DNA of 64,000 nucleotides from Eledone cirrhosa (Eukaryota): NCBI GenBank assembly GCA_964016885.1, contig OZ024740.1, positions 268,708,001 to 268,772,000 of the forward strand, read 5' to 3'. Shown piece by piece: positions 59,090 to 64,000 of this stretch (position 1 is its first letter; each line of letters starts with the position of its first letter). The notes under the pieces were generated by a model. It saw only the letters and a program-made list of their open reading frames with translations, ran no database searches and was not told where the DNA came from. The position numbers and the translations under genes were made by a program.

Positions 59090-59732
59090 AACACACATGC
59101 ACACACAATTACATACACACACATATATACATACACATATATACATATATACATACATATACATATATATATATATATATACATACATATACATATACAT
59201 ACACGTACAAATACACATACATATACATATACATATACATACATACACACATATATCAACATATCCATACATACACATACACACAAACACACACACACAT
59301 GTAAATATATATATATATATACATATTTATATATACATCTATATATATACGTACATACACATAATCATACATATATACACACTTACATACACACACATAC
59401 AAACACACATATATACACGCATACATACGCATACACAAATATAGATATATTTACACAGACCTACATACGCACACACACACACACACACACAAACATACAT
59501 ATACATATACACATACATACACATATACATACACACACACACAAACATACATATACATATACACATACATACACATATACATACACACACACATATACAT
59601 ATATATATATATACACACATACATATACATATATATACACACACACATACATATCATATAAATACATCACACACATGTATGTGTGTAAAACTCATTCTTA
59701 GATGTATTCATTGAACCTTGTTTAACTCTTAA

Positions 59733-59815
<83 letters not shown>
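59090..59815. repeat. Complex (CA)/(TA)/(TACA) microsatellite; representative of many such tracts (e.g. 1456-1592, 5400-5558, 14833-15192, 26815-27148, 32535-32700)
   Basis: Directly visible; accounts for most low-complexity ORFs in the track. Confidence 0.95.
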
Positions 59816-59816
<1 letters not shown>

Positions 59817-59817
59817 T

Positions 59818-59978
59818 TAACAAGAACATTTTAGACAGAATAATACCACAAATTAAGGAATTATCTTATTTAAAATTATGGTAAGGAACTGACGAAGTTA
59901 TCGAATGGTTTAAAGACATTAAATATAATTATAATAATAAGTTTATTCAATTGGATATTGCTAATTATTACTCATCCA
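59818..59978 (+). pseudogene. Isolated PLE RT fragment (motif A region) between (TA)n tracts
   Basis: LW*GTDEVIEWFKDIKYNYNNKFIQLDIANYYSS. Confidence 0.7.
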
Positions 59979-60126
59979 ACATTTGGCGTATTCCCAACTA
60001 TTTGTTTACCTTTTTCACCTTTTTATTTTTATATATATATACTATTTATGTATTTTCTTATATATATATGTGTGTGTATATATAAATATATAAGTATGTA
60101 TATATATATATATATATATATATAAG

Positions 60127-60212
<86 letters not shown>

Positions 60213-60253
60213 GAGAGTAAAACAAAGAATCCTTTAATACATCAAAAGTTTTT

Positions 60254-60298
60254 ATTAGCCGACAATGTTTCGTCCTATTAAGGACTCATCAGGGCAAT
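60254..60298 (-). ncRNA. Minimal type I hammerhead ribozyme (canonical core)
   Basis: attgcc-CTGATGA-gtcct taat aggac-GAAA-cattg-TC-ggctaat. Confidence 0.88.
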
Positions 60299-61063
60299 CA
60301 AAACAACAAGAAGTAATATCGGCAGATACAAGCCGTAAGCTCCGAAGAATATGGAGTGTACATACACTAAAGTCTTGCAAAAATATATGATAATAAAAAT
60401 AAAAATAAAAATAATAAAAATATATAATAAGAATAACTAAGGATGTATATAACATTAAGAACCATATTACAAATATAGTCCAAAGCAATTAACCTAAATC
60501 TAAACAAATTTATAGAGCAGGAATTATATATAACACAATGTAATATAACATAATACATTATAATAATATACCTTTACCAACATTAAAATTACAATTAAAA
60601 ATCAAAAGGTACAATATATACATGTATATATGTGCGCACACACACACACACATATATAACAATACGCACATCTATGTTCAACTACACAAATTAAGCCTTA
60701 TTAGAAGTTAGAATATAAAAATAAGCATGATAAGAGTGAAAATAATACCAATACATCTACCCAATATACATGAGGCAATAATATGATATAATTACAAGAG
60801 ACACATATAATAAATAATAAACAATAAAATTATATAATTCAATATAATATAATAGATAATCCCCGGTTAATTTACAGAAACAATATAGATGTCACAATAA
60901 AATACAATGATAATATGTTAACAGTGTACTAACATTTACAATAAACAATATATACAAATCGATTCATACTGGGTTACAGAGTAAATGAGGAAAAATAAAT
61001 TATATAATACTCAAAAAAACACTATAATGGTACAGGAAAAATTATGATGGTACAGAAAAAAAT

Positions 61064-61246
61064 ATACAGACATCTTACATGATATGTAAAGTCTAAATAT
61101 CATAATGTTACATATAATGAACAGTAAGTAATAAGGATCAATATTACAATATTACAAAAATACAGACATCTTACATGATATATAAAGTTTAAATATCATA
61201 ATGTTACATATAATGAACAGTAAGTAATAAGGATCAATATTACAAT
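61064..61246. repeat. Tandem duplication, 96-bp period, in the PLE 3' UTR
   Basis: atacagacatcttacatgatat...ggatcaatattacaat at 61064 and 61160. Confidence 0.85.
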
Positions 61247-62165
61247 ACAATATAATATAATATATTATAAATTGACATAAAATAATATATAAATACTTAT
61301 AATTACAAGGTTAGTAGACAGACATATGTGGATGTGTAAGTAAAGCCAGACAGTGAATAGTAAATAGAATATAGAATAAAATAAATAAATATAATCAACC
61401 GGAAATTACAAAACAAAAGCAAATATATACACACTTAGGCCTCACATGCGGTTAAGAAGTTAGGTAAACACTAAGGAAAACAATCATTTTAATTGACTCA
61501 AAACCCTATTTGATAAATTAATATTAAAAATATCAAAACTATCCAATAAGGTAGTATAATATTAGCTGTAGTTTAAGTCATTAAAGTTTATAAACTTTAA
61601 TGTTTCGTTACAAATGTTTTACAAAAAGGAATGAAATGTTTTACTATCATATACGTAACGATATCTAAAAAACTGACTTAAGTAGAATTAAGGTAGGCTA
61701 ATGGGGACAGAATTGATGAAATATATGGAGGGTGCGAATGGGTATAAAATATAGTCGATATACTATAATAAATAATAGAACGGAGCGTAAAAGAGGGGGG
61801 GGGGTTAAATATAATCATAGTCAATCTGGAGGGGTTGACAATAAGTTTATGTGCGCATGGGGGGGGGGAGGGGGGTATCCAAAGATGAATTTGAATAAAA
61901 TAACAAATTAAAATAGAATTAAAAATAAAATTAATAATAAAAATAAAAATAAAGATAATAATAGAATAACGTAAGTGGTGTAAAGTGTGTAATCTTATAT
62001 ATATTAACAAGGTGTAATAGTGAAAACATAGATATGGTACAGTAGCCAAATGATTATGAGAGCTAGAATGAAGAGTCGTCAAAAACCAATGGTAATAATG
62101 ATGATAACAATAATGTTGGCAAACAAAAGAACCTAAACAAAAAACTAAGTAATGGAATATATCTG

Positions 62166-63998
62166 CTAATGGGTACAATTTGTACTACTAGAACGTTTGG
62201 GTTTATAATAAAAATAAGAATTAGAAATGGCGTGGGGGCAAGAAGAGAATATCTCAGACTGTCTATTAAGTAAGGATACGCTAGAGAAAATTATAGAGTG
62301 TGTCTCAAGTATACAGAGATTACAAAACTTACTATGTGTAGAAAGATGGTTAGAGCGTGCTACTAAACGCCAGTTAAGGCTATATGGTATATAAGCTCCC
62401 TTAAGATCCCAGATATAATGCGCTAAAGAAGTAGAATTCTTAAACCTAACATGTTTGAAGTTAGAGATATGAGAGTTAAACCTAGTCTTAAAAGTGTTTG
62501 AAGTAGATCCTATATAAGTTCTATTAGAGGAATTAGTTATAACCTCGCAAGCGTAGACAATGTTCTTAGAAAGGCAGTTACCGTTTAGAGGGCAGTTAGC
62601 ACTCATTCTACAATTGCACTTCCGGGTGTTATTGGTTGGCTCGAGTGGTGATGTATTACACGTAGGATCTCTATTAGATAAGGACTGTTCTGGTGATAAA
62701 GCATTGTCAGATCCGTTCAGACTAGTAGTATGTAGAGAGGAGAATCCATCCCTAATTTTCCTATTATTAGTGCTAGCTAAATGAGAACTAATATTAGGGG
62801 TGGTAGAGAATGAGAGTTTAATAACATTTTTATTAAAAATACCATGGTATTTATGAGAAGGGGGGAAATTTTTCTCTAAGATAGTGAAGAAAGACCTAGG
62901 GATATTAGTTGATACATCCTGATTATATGACGGGTTGAAATAAGTATTTAATCGCCTTCTATTTTTATTTTTATTCTTACCGACCCTACCTTTATCAAAT
63001 GTCCCACCGTCGAGACTAGGGTTACTATCAGGATTAGTTGAAGCCACATTCATAGAATCAGCCATAATTTCGTTATGTCTATTATAGTTTCTACCTCCAG
63101 TAGATCTGCTGCTGTCCGGAATCCCTTCAAGAGGATTAGGGCCAATGATAGGATCAGTAGGAGCAACATTATTAGAATAAGATCCAGCAAAACCAACAAC
63201 AATGCGTGAGCGCACAGGGGGTTCAACTTGTCTCCTAGAGGTATTATATTTGCTATTACGAGTCCGGTGGGTTAACTTATGGGTGGGTTCAGATACACCT
63301 ATATAATTTCTACGGTTACTATATTTGCTACTCCCATTCATGGCCATGTTATGTGATATAATGTTATTATTATTAAGAGTAAGCGGAGGCTTTCTAAGGT
63401 TACTATTATTATAATTTATTTTACTAGAGTGACCTGAATTTGCTAGGGCATTATTGTAGTACTCCGCATGTTCATTAAATGTTCCTATGTCCTTAGAGAG
63501 TGTGGAAATCCTATTAGATACGCCCTTAATTATAGAGTTTATCATAGACTTAGGGTGGTTAGAGTTGGGGTTAACATAAGAAAGAATTTCATTAGGCTTA
63601 TGGAAGGGTTTAAAACTATTAGTGACCAAGTCCAAAGTCACATCTAAAAAGTTAACCGCTCTATCATTTCTATCTATCGTGATCGAAAGGTTGTAGCTTT
63701 TAAAAAACTTATAAAGCTTCTTCTTATTATGTTCTACATTGTTCGTGCTAGAGTTAATTACAAACAATGCATCATCAGGATATAGTCCGCCTATAAGGTG
63801 CGGGAAGGTAGCGTATAGTTCATTAAGGAGGAACAACCCAACAAGATCAGTAACCTGGGCCGAATCACTCGAACCCATTGTAACGTCGAAATTATTGGGC
63901 GTGTTTTTACGGGTCCAAAATGTGTCCTCAAATTTAATAATAGTTTTACGGGCTGCTAGTATAATATCAACCTGCGATCGTGTAAGGCTGGACACTCT
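62166..63998 (-). CDS. PLE RT-GIY-YIG polyprotein, C-terminal part (frame open to the window edge)
   Basis: FDVTMGS, GLYPDD, VNFLDVTL, SNHP, YFNPSY, CNCRMSANC (CxCx5C), NIVY..TYIGST..FKTRFNSH, CNLC..E, LLN. Confidence 0.92.
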   Translation of the reverse strand, partial: RVSSLTRSQVDIILAARKTIIKFEDTFWTRKNTPNNFDVTMGSSDSAQVTDLVGLFLLNELYATFPHLIGGLYPDDALFVINSSTNNVEHNKKKLYKFFKSYNLSITIDRNDRAVNFLDVTLDLVTNSFKPFHKPNEILSYVNPNSNHPKSMINSIIKGVSNRISTLSKDIGTFNEHAEYYNNALANSGHSSKINYNNSNLRKPPLTLNNNNIISHNMAMNGSSKYSNRRNYIGVSEPTHKLTHRTRNSKYNTSRRQVEPPVRSRIVVGFAGSYSNNVAPTDPIIGPNPLEGIPDSSRSTGGRNYNRHNEIMADSMNVASTNPDSNPSLDGGTFDKGRVGKNKNKNRRRLNTYFNPSYNQDVSTNIPRSFFTILEKNFPPSHKYHGIFNKNVIKLSFSTTPNISSHLASTNNRKIRDGFSSLHTTSLNGSDNALSPEQSLSNRDPTCNTSPLEPTNNTRKCNCRMSANCPLNGNCLSKNIVYACEVITNSSNRTYIGSTSNTFKTRFNSHISNFKHVRFKNSTSLAHYIWDLKGAYIPYSLNWRLVARSNHLSTHSKFCNLCILETHSIIFSSVSLLNRQSEIFSSCPHAISNSYFYYKPKRSSSTNCTH

Positions 63999-64000
63999 CA

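Larger units (their letters stand above)
60209..64000 (-). mobile_element. Penelope-like element, Hydra-clade-like; 3' end on (TA)n, 5' part outside the window
   Basis: RT plus C-terminal GIY-YIG ORF, ~1.95-kb 3' region, HHR ~45 nt from the 3' end. Confidence 0.9.

Noticed and set aside
61678-62178. 166-aa ORF downstream of the PLE ORF
   Set aside because: Compositionally biased 3' UTR sequence with no recognisable motif.

Overview
AT-rich, repeat-dominated eukaryotic DNA. The SINE/LINE/microsatellite mix looks like an octopod cephalopod (inference from recognising the repeats, not from a search). Host content is one + strand intron-containing gene whose exons at 8647-8852, 16955-17167, 20742-20960 and 42569-42760 splice in frame into about 276 aa; a first exon at 8271-8373 is tentative. 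From memory the protein resembles an uncharacterised, mainly fungal family and may have a Cyt/volvatoxin-like fold (unverified). The rest is transposon-derived: a near full-length Dong/R4 LINE in (TACA)n, a Hydra-clade-like Penelope-like element (PLE) running off the right edge, a second PLE GIY-YIG fragment, Daphne/RTE/CRE fragments, hAT and mariner fossils, and many Meta-domain tRNA-SINEs. The most striking structure is about ten hammerhead-ribozyme (HHR) motifs in PLE 3' ends docked on (TA)n. Many of these insertions are fold-back palindromes whose turn-around point lies inside the ribozyme, and several carry inverted copies of 50-200 bp of adjacent host DNA. All coordinates were read by eye and are approximate for degraded repeats.
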